Below, piece by piece: positions 12,521 through 26,198 of a stretch of 64,000 nucleotides of DNA. Within the stretch, counting starts at the first letter, position 1. Each line of letters starts with the position of its first letter. The notes beneath the pieces were generated by a model that saw nothing but the letters and a program-made list of their open reading frames with translations, made no database searches and was not told where the DNA came from. The DNA comes from Octopus vulgaris. Taxonomy: Eukaryota. The stretch is from positions 13,144,001-13,208,000 of the forward strand of contig OX597823.1 of assembly GCA_951406725.2 (NCBI GenBank). Direction: 5' to 3'. The position numbers and the translations under genes are program-made.

Positions 12521-14766
12521 GCTTCATGATATAGAAATACGATGTATGCAACAATTATAGAAGTCTACTGATTGAAAATGTCGAATATACAAAAGAAATG
12601 CTCTTTTCCTTAAATAATGTTTTAGTCTAATACGTTTTCAAGAGCCTATATTTATTGAAGTTAAACCTGGCCCGATTTCGCACAAATTAGTGAGTAGTTT
12701 CCAGATTTCTATATCGGAACGAATCTTTCGTTTTAGGTTAGGATGTCTAGAATGTTCGTCATTAAGGAGATCTAATCAGGCCGAAAATCGTTTCTGACGA
12801 TACACCGACGATATTCTACGCGTGCTCAATTTATTTTAAAACACAAGTCTCAGTTCCCCGAGATAAGATATTACAGCAAGTGCCGTTCAACATTTTTTTA
12901 TACATTTCAAACCTGCAGGAGAGAAATCTTCAGGCAGGTCTTACCACGCCAGACAGGTCGAAGGGTAAGAGACAAACAAAAACCTTACCGACAATAAATC
13001 GAAGCGTCGGCAGCAGGGTGTGGATTAAGTTATCGGCATGACCTAACTGTACCAGACCCTCCGAAACAAATGAGTGATGAAAATATCTTGATTATTGTTT
13101 GTCACTAAAAAGAGACGTTCCGGAAGCTAAATACAGTCAAAAATTATATGCCTGTACGTTTTAAAGGTAAGTTTCCTTGTAATATCAGCCTGATTTTTGA
13201 ATTCATAGAATACAACTGTTTAACAACTTACATATGCTATCACAGAAAAACTATGTCTTATAGAAAAAATCTGAAAGCATACTTGAATTCTGAAGATAAA
13301 ATGCTATTACGTTCATCTACTTTTGTTTGTGAGACAGAATTTTTCATCAATTCTGTCGACCAATTATAATTGTCAGCCTTATTTTTGCAATAACATAGTA
13401 CATTTATTGTATAATTTAATTACTCTGTCACATAAAAACCATGCCTGATAAATTCTAAAAACAGATTCGAAATCTGCATTAAAAGCAATATAAAGTTCTC
13501 TATCTTTATTTCATGGGAGTGCAAAAATTTCGAATTTTTTTGACCAGTGTAATGAGTCTTGCACATTTTTGATAATACAAAATATTTCATTAATCTTATA
13601 AAAATGTTTTTTTTTCTTCTTTTTAATCTAAATACCACTGTACAAATTTGATAGTAATCACTGGACGTTTTTGATATCGTTGAACATTATCTTGAACTAT
13701 GAACTTCTCTGGTATTCTTAAACATGTCTACGAATGAATACCAAGGTTTATCTACGAGTAAATCTTTCCCAAGAAAATAACTTCCGAGCGTTTTACAAGT
13801 GATAAATAACAAAGATAATAAAAAAAAAGGCTGATATAATGATTACTAATGAAGGAAAAGAATTAACTCTTGTAAGTATGAATGGTTTTCGAATTCACAT
13901 AACTCCCAGTAAATAAAAGAAGCCTTTCTATTTCTTCTCCCAGCATCAAGGCTAGGCATGTTTAGCGAATTCTTTCATAGATAAAAATATTTGTAAATAC
14001 GTTCGGCATGATATCACCAGCGGATATGATGTTATTTGCGCGGGTATATTCCAGTTTCATTCATGGCAAGCATTCATTTTCACAGAAGTTAAATCCGTTG
14101 TGAAATCACAAAAAAACACAAGAATGTCATCTATGACATACCTTCTTTTTGCAAACTATCTTGTGAAGAATGAACTGAGAGTCTTCAAAGTATCAGAATA
14201 GAGAAACCTCGAAACACATTAATGATAGAGAAACCTTTAAATCAGAAACAGCTGAACATAAATCGGGCTAAACACGAAATAATATACCATTATGAAATGA
14301 AGTTACTATCATTCATACAGAAAGGTAGTGAAAACTTAGAAAAAAATCTAAGAAGCATTATATATAAATATTACTGAAAACGCAATCAATCAGTCCAGAT
14401 CTGACATAATATAAACGTTGCTGCCATTAGTGAAAAATGAATTTAAATTTTTCTAAGTTTCCATTGTCGTTCTCTATCAATTATGGAAATGTAATTCCAT
14501 TGAGCTATTGTCAACGTTGGGTTTATTGATTATGTTTTCAACAAGATCTTAAGTCATACATTTACTTTCATATTTCCAATTTTCCACTACGGTTTTCTAC
14601 ATATGCAAAAGGTTTGGATATAGGAGGTTGAATTCGAATTTTGGAAGTATTATGAAAATCGATAATTTACGGCCTATCTCATTTGTCCGCTGATGACGAA
14701 GCCAGATGCTGTTTTATGTGAGTCAAAACACGGTTGTCTCCAAACACGATCTATGGAATATTACAC

Positions 14767-14867
<101 letters not shown>

Positions 14868-14991
14868 TATATGTAAATTTTATGTAAAAATAAACGTGTG
14901 ACTGCTACTGATTTGGTTAAAGTTCACGCAGATTTTAATAAAAAAAACTGCTTTCTGTATAATTATGAAATAAATTGTATACCAAATAAAA

Positions 14992-15564
14992 TTGGGGTAG
15001 TCCGGAAAGTTTGTGCCGATTTTTAAAGGAAAGAAAAAGGTCAATAAATACGTGCCATTAAATTTTTAATCGAAAAATATGAACCATTTTGTTGCACAAT
15101 GCGTCTCCATCTTTCCTTTAACTTGAAAATACCTCCTTCCCAGAATTGAGGTGTTTCATGGCAGAATTGAGGTGGATTCATCAAGGTATCTTTTTACATC
15201 ATCCAAGAAATTGAAATTTTTACCATTAAGACTATTCTGCAGATACCTGAATAAGTGTAAATCAGAAGGAGCAATATCTGGTGAATATAGAGGGTGGGGT
15301 AACACATCCCAGCCGAGCTGTAGCAATTTTTGTCTGGTTTCCAAAATATCAAGTACCGAAAATGAACTTTCTAATCTTCCTTTTTAAAGGGTTACAGAAT
15401 TAACACAGGTTATAGGAACATAAACCGTCTTCAACGAAAAGATAGTTTAAATTGTGATCTAAATGGAGGTGTAGTCAAATCCTATTTTATTGACTCAACC
15501 ATGTTCTAAAATGAGTCGCAAGGTAAGCTACAATAAATCGGCATGAACTTTCCGGACAACCCAA
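14992..15564 (-). mobile_element. Internally deleted mariner (DD34D) element with both TIRs; copy 1
   Basis: TIRs ttggggtagtccggaaagtttgtgccgattt / aaatcggcatgaactttccggacaacccaa; ORF 15156-15344 LGWDVLPHPLYSPDIAPSDLHLF carries the mariner YSPDLAPSD motif. Confidence 0.9.
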
Positions 15565-16145
15565 TAGTTAGATTATTTCAAATTTTCGCACAAGGCCAGA
15601 AGTTTCGGGGGACCGGGCGAGTCGATTACATTTTGCTTCACTTAGTTTTTACAAATAAGTTGCACAGCTACAAATAAGCCATCGTTATATGGATATTTTC
15701 GAACACTTTTTGTGCAAAATATCTGTGTAGTGCGCATAATGCTTCATATTGAGTATCTATGACCCAAAAAATGTAATAATCTCATAAGCATTCGAGGTCA
15801 CTTTATTGTAATAGATTTTCATTTGGTAGTTAGGTAACTTCGAAGTCTCTGCAAATAATATCATTATAAATATCTATCTCTACAATTATAAATACCGTTC
15901 TACATTTATTGTTCACGTTGTCTATATTTCCCAAAAGAATGTTTTAACCTTCATTCATACAGACCCCACCCCACACACATATATATATATATGAGGACTG
16001 CCACCATTATGTTGGCAAATAATCTTTACTCTAGAGTATTGTTACAGAATGTTTCTCGTTCAGAGATTTAGAAATAATAATTTTTCTATTCTTATATATA
16101 CATACACACATACATACACACATACACACACACACATATACACAT

Positions 16146-16189
<44 letters not shown>

Positions 16190-16665
16190 ATTATCACGAA
16201 GCATAAAGGCGCACAGGGCGTCTAACCTGCTGAGAAATGGGAGACAAAACCCCAAGGAACCGCCAAAAACTCTGAAAGTATGACAGAGAACAACAGTAAG
16301 CGGGTGAACATTTAAACAATTAAAAACAGCTTATTAAGGATAATACCAAGTTTTCAAGTTCTGAAGCAGTTCTCAGTTGGGCGCAAAATTAAATCAGAAC
16401 GCTAACGGTTTTCAACTTGACAAATTTTGAATGTTTCTTCTCTCAGTAAGTCGTGCTGAAGAGAGTTGAGGCCGGCGAGCCAAGACTTGAAACCAAGGTA
16501 CATGAATATCCCAATGGCATTATCCTTTATCTTTTTAATTGTTTAACCGTTCGCCAGCTTACTGCTGTTCGCTGTCATACTTTCAGTGTTTTCAGTGATT
16601 CACTGGGGTTTTGACTCCTATTTCTAAATAGGTTAGACGCCCTGTGCGTTGTTAGTGCTAATTTT
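16190..16665. repeat. Fold-back element (~160-bp imperfect arms) beside (TA)n, probable PLE pLTR derivative
   Basis: gcgcacagggcgtctaacct...ctgaaagtatgacag..aacaacagtaagc..ttaaacaattaaaaa is mirrored by tttttaattgtttaa..gcttactgctgtt.gctgtcatactttcag...aggttagacgccctgtgcg. Confidence 0.85.
16452..16504 (+). ncRNA. Type-I hammerhead ribozyme motif
   Basis: cgtg-CTGAAGA-gagtt...gactt-GAAA-ccaagg-TA-catg: canonical CUGANGA/GAAA/UH core, stem I cgtg/catg, stem II with GU pairs. Confidence 0.65.
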
Positions 16666-16989
16666 AATTTTATAACTCTTTGACGATGTTTACAAACCTG
16701 CCAACCACCTATATTACTGATCTTATACTTATCAATCTCTTATATTTACCACAAATAATATTAACAATAATAACATCTCTATGTGTGTTCATGTTTGATT
16801 ATTTAATATGCCACTTTATATTTTTAATTCCACACTTGCACATTACTTGTTTTTGATTTTGTCCACTATATATTATAGTGGAGTTAGCTGGGCATCATCT
16901 GTGAGAAAGATAGCACCATAATGCAATACACTCTACCAAAAATTTGGAAATGACATGCTGAGCTGCTTGGCATTTGCACCGGAAGCTCC

Positions 16990-17436
16990 AATACGAACAG
17001 GCGGTGAACAAATTTGACATCCAGTCAACATCATGTTGTTTTGGAGTGATCAATAGTTATGGCGAAATTATGCCTCCATTCATCTTCCCAGGCGGCCACA
17101 AGCTCATCACGGAGGCGTACATCACGTGCCTGGAGGAGCTAGTACTGCCCTGGGTTAAAATGGTGGCTGCTGGGACACCCTATGTCTAACAACAGGACTC
17201 TGAAACATGCCATAGAAGCAGAAGAACCCAGTCGTAGCCGCCAGACAATTTCTATGACAACATCACCCCTAACAACTGGCCACCTAATGCCCCACACTGC
17301 AATCCCCCTTGACTATTATGTGTGGATCGCAGTTGCGCTAAGGACCAACAAAACTCCTTGTAACATCAAAGATGAACTGTATGCAAGGATTATGGCAGAA
17401 TTCAACAACCTAAACAAAGAGACCATCCAGAAGAGC

Positions 17437-17437
<1 letters not shown>
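16990..17437 (+). mobile_element. Decayed Tc1/mariner-superfamily transposase fragment, maT/DD37D-like
   Basis: Translation FGVINSYGEIMPPFIFPGG...YITCLEELVLPWV...PYV*QQDS..CH...NWPPNAPHCNPLDYYVW resembles the FQQDSAPAH and WPPNSPDLNPLDY motifs. Confidence 0.8.
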
Positions 17438-17483
<46 letters not shown>

Positions 17484-18255
17484 GTAATATTGCAAATCAT
17501 GGGTATGTTGAAAAATGGATGATATTTCACAACCACATTATTATATTCTGTACTGTTGCCAAGCTTTATATAACTTCTTTTTTGATGAGATTCTGGTTAT
17601 AAAAACAAACACGCGAGTACATACCCAATCAGTAATGAAAAACACAAGAACACACACGCGTGTACTAAAGTAACACGCAGCTTCATTAAATAAAAGCTTC
17701 TTAATCCAGAAGCACAAAAACGTGTCTCCCCACCAAACGCTTTGGATAACGACAATCCACAACATCTGCTGTGACTGACACGCAATAGACTGTTACTTCG
17801 TTAGGTGTTATATGGATTCTGCAAAGGAAACGGCTTAAATAAATCCCAAAGAATACGTAACTACCTACCTACTAAAATAAATGTCTTGCTCAAAGTCAGG
17901 CTTGAACCTGGAACTACACAATTGCAAAGAAAATTCCCGAATCACACCATTATAACTGTTTCACATGTATTGCAGAAAGTATATCGGCCATTTTTTTTCT
18001 CTTTTTCTCTTCTGTTTTTCGCAACATTTTTAGAATTTTGAAAAACTTTCCTGTCCGATTCTGCCAAAGGGAAATTCAACCGCTGAAAAAAAAAGAATTA
18101 AAAAAAACATACTGCATTATCAAAACTTCCGCTCTTTTACAGTTATGATATTTAATTTTTTTTTAGATTTAACATGTTCTTTCATACTTTCTGTCTGGTT
18201 GGCCGTTTCTTACCTCCACTTCGTTCTCTCTCTCGCCCCACTCTTTCTCTCTCTT

Positions 18256-18256
<1 letters not shown>

Positions 18257-18317
<61 letters not shown>

Positions 18318-18322
18318 CATCA

Positions 18323-18369
<47 letters not shown>

Positions 18370-18394
18370 CATCCATCTATCTATCTATCCATCC

Positions 18395-18427
<33 letters not shown>

Positions 18428-18428
18428 C

Positions 18429-18497
<69 letters not shown>
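18257..18497. repeat. (TATC)n microsatellite
   Basis: About 240 bp of ctat repeats. Confidence 0.98.
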
Positions 18498-18498
<1 letters not shown>

Positions 18499-19183
18499 GA
18501 CTGTCTGTCCATCTATTTATATCTCTGTCTCAGTAGTAATGGGTGTTTATGCATACCAAAATAGAATGAAATTTATCCATCTGGAAAATTCAGTTCCTGG
18601 CATCGGTACCTGTTGCTTGAGTTTGAAATTAATTTTCAAATTCTAATATTCGTAAGAATTGCGTGTCTCAAAAACCAAAAAAATTATATTTATTTCCTAA
18701 TAATACCTACATACACACATATTTATGTATGTATGTATGTATGTATGTATGCATGTATGTATGTACGTATATATGTATGTATAAATGTTTATGTATGTAT
18801 GTATATATATGTGTTTTTTGATTCTTTGGCTTGATTCAGCCATTTACATGCGGTCATACTGAAGAACCACGTTAAAGGATTTTAGTCAAAGAAATCGATC
18901 CCCAAGGCTTATTCTTTGTAAGCTTAGTATCTATCCTATCGGTAGCTTTTGCCGAACCGCTAGTTAACAGAGACGTAAACACCCCAACATCGGGTGTCAA
19001 GCGATGGTGGGGCATAAACACAGATAGAAGGACACACATAAATATTTATACATGCATATACATATATAAATATATATATATACATACATATATAAAGGGA
19101 AATCTTACGAAAATAAACAAAGACGAAGACAGGTGGTGTACAAACAAGCAGATGTATTAGTATAGCACTCAGAAATAGAAAAG

Positions 19184-19221
19184 TCTTTTACGTTTCGAGC
19201 CTACGCTCTTCTACAGAAAGA
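19184..19221 (-). ncRNA. Minimal hammerhead-like motif (CUGUAGA core variant)
   Basis: Minus strand tcttt-ctgtaga-a-gagc-gtag-gctc-gaa-acgt-a-aaaga: 5-bp stem I, stem II gagc/gctc, GUA triplet. Same architecture as 6891-6925. Confidence 0.55.
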
Positions 19222-19311
19222 TACACAGAAAAAACAAGCAGAGAAACAAGGAGAGAAGAAAAATGTGTGTAGTAGCTAACGATCTATCATGGCGTCTGAC
19301 TTCGGACAGAG

Positions 19312-19612
19312 TAAAGATCCCCTTCGGTCATGAATGACCATGGGATTGCACCTAGAAAGTTACCCTCCTAGACACAAGTCCAGGCACTGTTGTTTATGGA
19401 AGACCAGCAGTCGCCCATGCATACCAGCCTCCCCTCTCCACGCCACCAGTGTTATCCAAGGGAAAGACAAAGGTCGATACAGCTTGGCACCTGTGACGTC
19501 GCAACTCATTTCTACAGCTAAGTGAACTGGAGCAACGTGAAATAAAGTGCCTCGCTCAAGAACACAACACCCAGCCCGGTCCGGGATTCGAGCTCACAAC
19601 CTCACGATCGTA
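19312..19612 (-). mobile_element. SINE family D
   Basis: Homologous to 12192-12520. Confidence 0.8.
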
Positions 19613-19655
19613 ACCTCACACACACTTCGGACAGAATGTATGTATATATACATAC

Positions 19656-19701
<46 letters not shown>

Positions 19702-19872
19702 ACATGCATGTATGTATGTATATACAGTTTCCGACTACAAAAATCCACTCACAAGACTTTTGTTTGCCCAAGGCCATAGCAGAAGATATTTGTCCAAGGT
19801 GCCACTCAGTGGAACTCAACCCGGGACCATGTGGTTAGAAAACAAGTTTCTTAGCACACAGCCGTGCCTGCG

Positions 19873-19920
<48 letters not shown>

Positions 19921-20050
19921 CATATATATACACACATGCATATATATGCCTACATAAACACACACACATATACATGTATTTATATACGCACATACATATA
20001 TGCATGCATACATACGCACATACATACATACATACATACATACATACATA

Positions 20051-20235
20051 CAAGACAGTAGAATGGACACGAAGTGCAGCCTCTCTTGGACAAAAGACCA
20101 CTACATCACATCACACTTTGAAGGCTTTACATTTGCAATCAAAGAGCAGGAGATTGCCACAAAGTACCTGGTGAACAAGAGAGACGTTCTTGCAATTCCA
20201 TGATGCAACCGCATGTGTATGCTATGTCATGCTTA
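20051..20235 (+). mobile_element. Fragment of an RLE-type LINE (pre-knuckle region)
   Basis: SLSWTKDHYITSHFEGFTFAIKEQEIATKYLVNKR...CNRMCMLC aligns with SQQWLRSSGLKAETEGFLIAAQDQSLPTRNY...CRIC in 1864-2409. Confidence 0.65.
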
Positions 20236-21784
20236 AAGGAGAATGCAGAAAGAAAAATCAACTGCTAATTCATACATTACAAGTGCAATCAGTGAGTGGA
20301 ACAGTTAAAATATGCAAAACTTTTCTCAAGTTCCAAATGGGAATTTGTCTGTGTTAGCTACATCCCACAGATAGAACCTTGTATCTTTGTCGGAGACCGG
20401 CTACCTCCTCAGTAGAAGATTTATAATAATCCAGAAAACAGAAGAAACAAGTATTGACACTTTTCTACATGATACAAAACGTGTATATATTTTTTTCTTT
20501 TCTTTTAAAGATGATTGGGTATATGTAATAAAAATTATGAGGTTTTTCTAGCAGGTTGTCTTGCCAGAGAGAATGCCCTTCGTTGAGTCTCGCTGGTATA
20601 ATTGACATGCAATGAAAGTGCATCATTTACATGACAGTGTATGAATGTTGAAACACATCCTTGCATACACCCATTCACACGTATGCATATCTCTATAAGT
20701 ACACACACAGAAGCCATTTTCTATTATGAGTGTACAATTACTTTTCATGAATATGTAAGTATATGCACCCTTACAACTGTTGCTGATACTGTTGTTGACG
20801 TCATTGTTGATTTTTTTTCTTTGATCATATACACTCTCTGCTGTATGAAGAACACATGATGTATATGAAAAAAATATTTTGCATTTATGTATAATAATTT
20901 GCATGTATAGTCACGTGTGATGCGCAAGTATGGATAAATTCATGTTTGTCTGCCTGTTCTGTGTGTATGTGCATGTGTGCGTGTGTGTGTGTGTGTGTGT
21001 GTTTGTGTGTGTATTTATCTGTTTATGTGTGCAATTGCGGGTGTAAGCGTGTGCTTCAACATCTCTTAATATTTTACACCTCAACTAATGCAGTTTTAAT
21101 GAGGTAGTTTTTCATTGTGTGTCTTGATACTTTACGACCGAGACGTGATATAACAGCTGTCCATGTTGATTATAGAGTGCAGGGCCCTGTCTATTCGTCG
21201 TTCATACTACCACAAATATTGTTATTGCTTTTATTGCTGTTATTCAACCTACATGTCAGCCTCGATCGATACATCTATGAATAAATAGGTTCCAGCTCCA
21301 TTTGTCCCTCTTTTTAACATCAATTACTACACATGCACACATATACATAAACACATACACATACAAATGCGGGTCTATATGTGTGTATGTATGTATACAT
21401 ATATATATATATATGCATACATACATATACATATGCATAATATATGTATGTATGTGTGTTTGTGTATATATGTTTGGGGTGTTATACCCGCATAGTCAGA
21501 ACGCCTTCCTACGAACGGATGTACCCCACTATATAATCCCCAAAGAATTATTTCCCTTTATGGTAATGCTTACTTTTCATTTCACAACTTACGGAATTGA
21601 TTAAATGAACACAACTGGGCTTGATATGATAGAAAAAAGATATGAAATTTTAAATTTATGACCCAATATCCCCGCAATCAAACCACTGAAGCGAGTAAAG
21701 TGGAAACTAAGAATGTGTATCGTATGGCGATTTGCAAACTGTGGGTGTTTTGTATATTATATCTAGCATAAGTATATTATATCA

Positions 21785-22200
21785 GGGCGGCGAGCTGGCA
21801 GAAACGTTAGCGCGCCGGGCGAAATGCTTAGCGGTATTTCGTCTGTCGTTACGTTGTGAGTTCAAATTCCGCCGAGGTTGACTTTGCCTTTCAGCCTTTC
21901 GGGGTCGATAAATTAAGTACCAGTTACGCACTGTAGTCGATGTAATCGACTTAATACCTATGTCTGTCCTTGTTTGTCCCCTCTGTGTTTAGCCCCTTGT
22001 GGGTAATAAAGAAATAGGTATTTCGTCTGTCGTTACGTTCTGAGTTCAAATTCCGCCGAGGTCGACTTTGCCTTTCATCTTTTCGTGGTCGATAAATAAA
22101 GTACTAGGTACGCACTGGGGTCGGTGTAATCGACTTAATTCTTTTGTCTGTCGTTGTCTGTTCCCTCTATGTTTAGCCCCTTGTGGGCAATAAAGAAATA
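21785..22200 (+). mobile_element. SINE family B head-to-tail dimer
   Basis: Full unit 21785-22016, then a headless second unit from ggtatttcgtctg to aataaagaaata. Confidence 0.9.
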
Positions 22201-25200
22201 TATATCTAGCAAGTCATATGAATACGTATAGGTTTCTTCGATTGCTCAGATTATCTCAGTTGAGTAGATTGTGGATTGATTGATTTGGTAGAGCGTCGAA
22301 CAAAATGTCTTGTGATATTTAGTCGCTTTTGCAATTCAGACGTGTATTCCTGTCGAATTGAGAATGTCTTTCATCGGTGAAAATAATCACTAGTTATCAT
22401 AATAGTCGCTCTTTTATTGATTGTAAACTCAACCATGTCGCCTTTTGTTTATATTAAAATGCATAATCAATAATTATATTCCCTTTAACTGCTAATCAAC
22501 AGGCAGATCATACTGTGTTTCATCGCCCTTAAACTCATTTACATAAAGGTACTACATTTCTAAATTAGTAGACAGAAGCAAAATCATAAATAATTGATTC
22601 GGGTATCTTTATATAAGCCGAATGGTTGATAATTCGTTCCTCATCACCTTCTTTACATCTTTTATATTCATGTAGACACTATGTATTCCTTGAAACTAGA
22701 ACAGCTAAATATGCATAAGGTACATTAAAGGGGACCATTTATTGGTGTGAATGATTAATAATTGACTTCGAGGAGCTTCTACGTAAGTACTGAATATCCT
22801 ACGAATGCGGTCAAAATTTTGGCTTCATTCCAATTTCAAAGTGCTTATTGAGAAATTTCCTCTCCCACCACTACAAAAATGAAAAATAGATATGAAAAAT
22901 GTTTTAAGCCTCACAGCCAAAAAGTAATTTAATATGAGTTAGCTTCAACATCCAATAAAACAAATAACTTAACGTTAACGGTAATGCTTCTCTTGTGCGA
23001 TTAATCATAAATTGGAATATGTAGGAATTGATAACGTAAAATTCAAAACTAAATGCTAATTAGCATTTAACTCTCAACTAATAAAAAAATTAAAACAAAA
23101 AAAAAAGGGGGAAACCATGTACAGGTTTTATGGTGCCTTTTGAAAATACTGTTACTGGTGATGCATAAACAGATAATTTAAATTTTAGTTGGTGGTTGCA
23201 TTATTAAAAATTAAGTGCAAGCATTATTTATGCTGGCAACATTTACAGTTCGTTTGTCATTTTTCGATTAAATAAATTAAATCAACATTTTACAATGCAT
23301 AAGAGTATGCAATGGCTAGGACTAATTTAAAAAATTACTTGTCTAAGTTCACTGTTCCATGAAATGTGGATTCATAAAACATACTTTGTGATGATCTAGT
23401 AAAAATAGCCAGCGGGTCTCCATCAATTCACAGATTTGTGATTAAAACTAGAGAGGTTGCGTTGGGTAAGGCAAATCTAGATATCTTTAAAAATTTAATG
23501 GTAGATACCGAATTAAATACTGATTTAGGGGACAAAAAATAACTGCCTGGGGAAACAGTAAAACACAAGAATTTCTTGTTCAACCAATAAATTGAATTCA
23601 TATACACACACAAAGAATAAAGAAAAATAATCCAATCACAATTACCAATCAGCAACCATTTAGTAAATAGTAAACATCATTAACTATTGTTATGCAGCAC
23701 TAATTTGCTTAAGTGAACATTAGCAAAAAATTACTTATTCATTATATTAAGTTTTTAATCCATATAAATCATTGTCTGACGGTATTAACACAAATTACTT
23801 CATATAAACAATTTATTATTATTAATTAATAATAAATTAGTATTAACTAGTAGTACTAAACGATAAGCAGTATCATTTAGTGTCGATACTTTGGTAAGAA
23901 AAAATGGGCTAGCTCCTGAAACAACAAGGGGCGGTGAAGTTACATTCCTCGGTTCAGAGGTCTTGTCAGTTTGCAGTAACCCGAGCATTTTCGTTCAGTT
24001 CACATATATATGAGTATGTTAGGGAGACCAGAGTAAAGCGGAAAAGCGAAATAGTATGTTAGATAATTTTTTCTGGACGTGTTAATGTTTAAATCAAATG
24101 CAAGAATAATGCAAATAGATAGGCTCACTCCTCCTTAAGACCTTTTAAGAACTTATAATTGCTGATAGGACTGGGTAAGAGGATCTCACTAAATTAACAA
24201 GGAATATTGTGACAAAGAATTATTAGAAATTAGTGTGATTTGAGAAAATAACTAGTCTCCAGGGTGTAGGATACTGGGCGAAATTTTACATTACAGGTGA
24301 ATGTTTTTTAATTATGATTTACAATTATGTTTTAGGGGTTGATCATGTTTTTTAGGTTTTCTAAGCAATGAACTTTGTATTGTTGTGGCACATCTACGTG
24401 TGAAGAATTTGGTAAATTTCATCCCATAGCCTTAGTCTATGTGAAGGAACATAAGATGGCCGTGGTTGCACACATAACGGTTTCGATTAAAATATATTCA
24501 CTATCAGGGTTACGTAGCATAAAATTAGAGGTGTTCCGACTTATCGGAACATTTAAACGGCTTTTCGGTCCTGCAGATAGAAATGAATGCATAGTAAACG
24601 TATGTGTGTCTGTTAGTCACTATTAGAGTAAATAAGTGTTCGACAGTTAACGTTTGATGGAACGAAGGATTTTAGATGAGAAATGTACATAAGATGATTG
24701 GCTTGTCAATGCGAGTGTCAGCACTAAAGGAAAGGGATAATACCAATTGAAGATGAGGCTAATTGCATCAATATTCGCTAACAATAGCCCATGCCATTCA
24801 TTAATAGTCAACAGTATTAATTATTATTAGTTTGCTGTACTGACAGAAGCAAGAGCACGTAACATAGAATTCTTGGCTGCATTTAGTTACGACCCTTTAT
24901 ATTCTGGATTCAATCCCACTGCAGTCGTCTTTATTCCTCATTCCGTCGGGGTTGATAAAATGAAATACTCAGGGCTTATTCGATTTGTAATACACTCTCT
25001 ACGATTGCAAAAATCAATAAAATCAATAAAAGACAACTGTAGTGAATAGACACTGCATGTGTGGGCAACAAAGAATTTGTGCAGCTGCATCACCTTTAAT
25101 AATAGATCTTCTCGATCGTCATTGACGTTTCATGTTGGTTAAATCTAGGGATGCAATGCGTATCTCCGAGATCTTAAATGTTTTGATCTTATTACGTGAT

Positions 25201-25344
25201 TTTGCTTCTTACACAAATAGAATACTTCTAAATGGAATTTGTCATTTGTGTTTTATTGAATGGTGTTGCAGATAATTCTATTTAAGTTTTCGACCGTTTG
25301 TTTTTTTCCTCCTGATTTTATTTCGTTTGCATGTATTTGTAATA

Positions 25345-25700
25345 GTTGTTATCGGACTCGCGGTCGTACGATCGCGGTTTCGATTCCCAGACCGGGCTTT
25401 GTGAGTGTTTATTGAGCGAAAACACCTAAAAGCTCCACGAGTCTCCGGCAGGGATGGTGGTGATCCCTGCTGTACTCTTTCACCACAACTTTCTCTCACT
25501 CTTACTTCCTGTTTCTGTTGTACCTGTATTTCAAAGGGCCGGACTTGTCACTCTCTGTGTCACGCTGAATATCCCCGAGAACTGCGTTAAGGGTACACGT
25601 GTCTGTGGAGTGCTCAGCCACTTACACGTTAATTTCACGAGCAGGCTGTTTCGTTGATCGGATCAATCGGAACCCTCGTCGTCGTACACGACGGAGTGCT
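25345..25700 (+). mobile_element. tRNA-derived SINE family C
   Basis: ggactcgcggtcgtacgatcgcggtttcgattcccagacc head. Shared with 47355-47637 (-); 3' part shared with 39160-39245. Confidence 0.8.
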
Positions 25701-26198
25701 TCCATCCAATAGTTGTTATTCTACTTGATTAATAAGCCGATGGATTGGCAGGTATGCTAACCTGCATGACTAAACGCCTTACAGCATTAGTTCCTAGTCT
25801 TTAAGTCCTCAGTTCTCCTCCCATCAAGGTCAAAGAAATATTTCATTGCCCAAGCCTCAGTAAAGCAAAGTGCCACTGAGCAAAAAATGGTTTCTATTTC
25901 TACGACTAGATTTTGCCACACTAAACCGCTGGCAATTATTATTAACTACTCATATATTCTAAAGCCTTTGATCATTTGGTTCCTGAAATTCTCATTGTAT
26001 GGTTCGGGTTTTCATTAATGTAGTGTTACATCTGTTGCACTTGATTAGCTTGTATATTCTTGCGAAGATATTATTGACGCTGTTATTACCTGGTGTAAAA
26101 ATTAAAAACAATGATAACAGAATCAATAATATAGGCGAGTGAAGGCCCAAGAAAGTGTTAAATAGCTGAAGGATTAAAATTGATTAAAAGACATACTG

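Larger units (their letters stand above)
18828..19875 (-). mobile_element. Degenerate SINE family A split by nested inserts (HHR-bearing fragment 19095-19310; SINE D 19312-19612)
   Basis: Tail half 18828-19090 and head half 19725-19875 match family A. Confidence 0.75.

Noticed and set aside
14685-14750. ctgatgacga...gtcaaaacacggttgtc as a hammerhead
   Set aside because: GAAA is mutated and no stem I pairing is found; at best a very eroded remnant.
21785-22200. Tandem SINE B units as a CRISPR-like array
   Set aside because: Eukaryotic context, ~180-230-bp units, no unique spacers and no cas genes.
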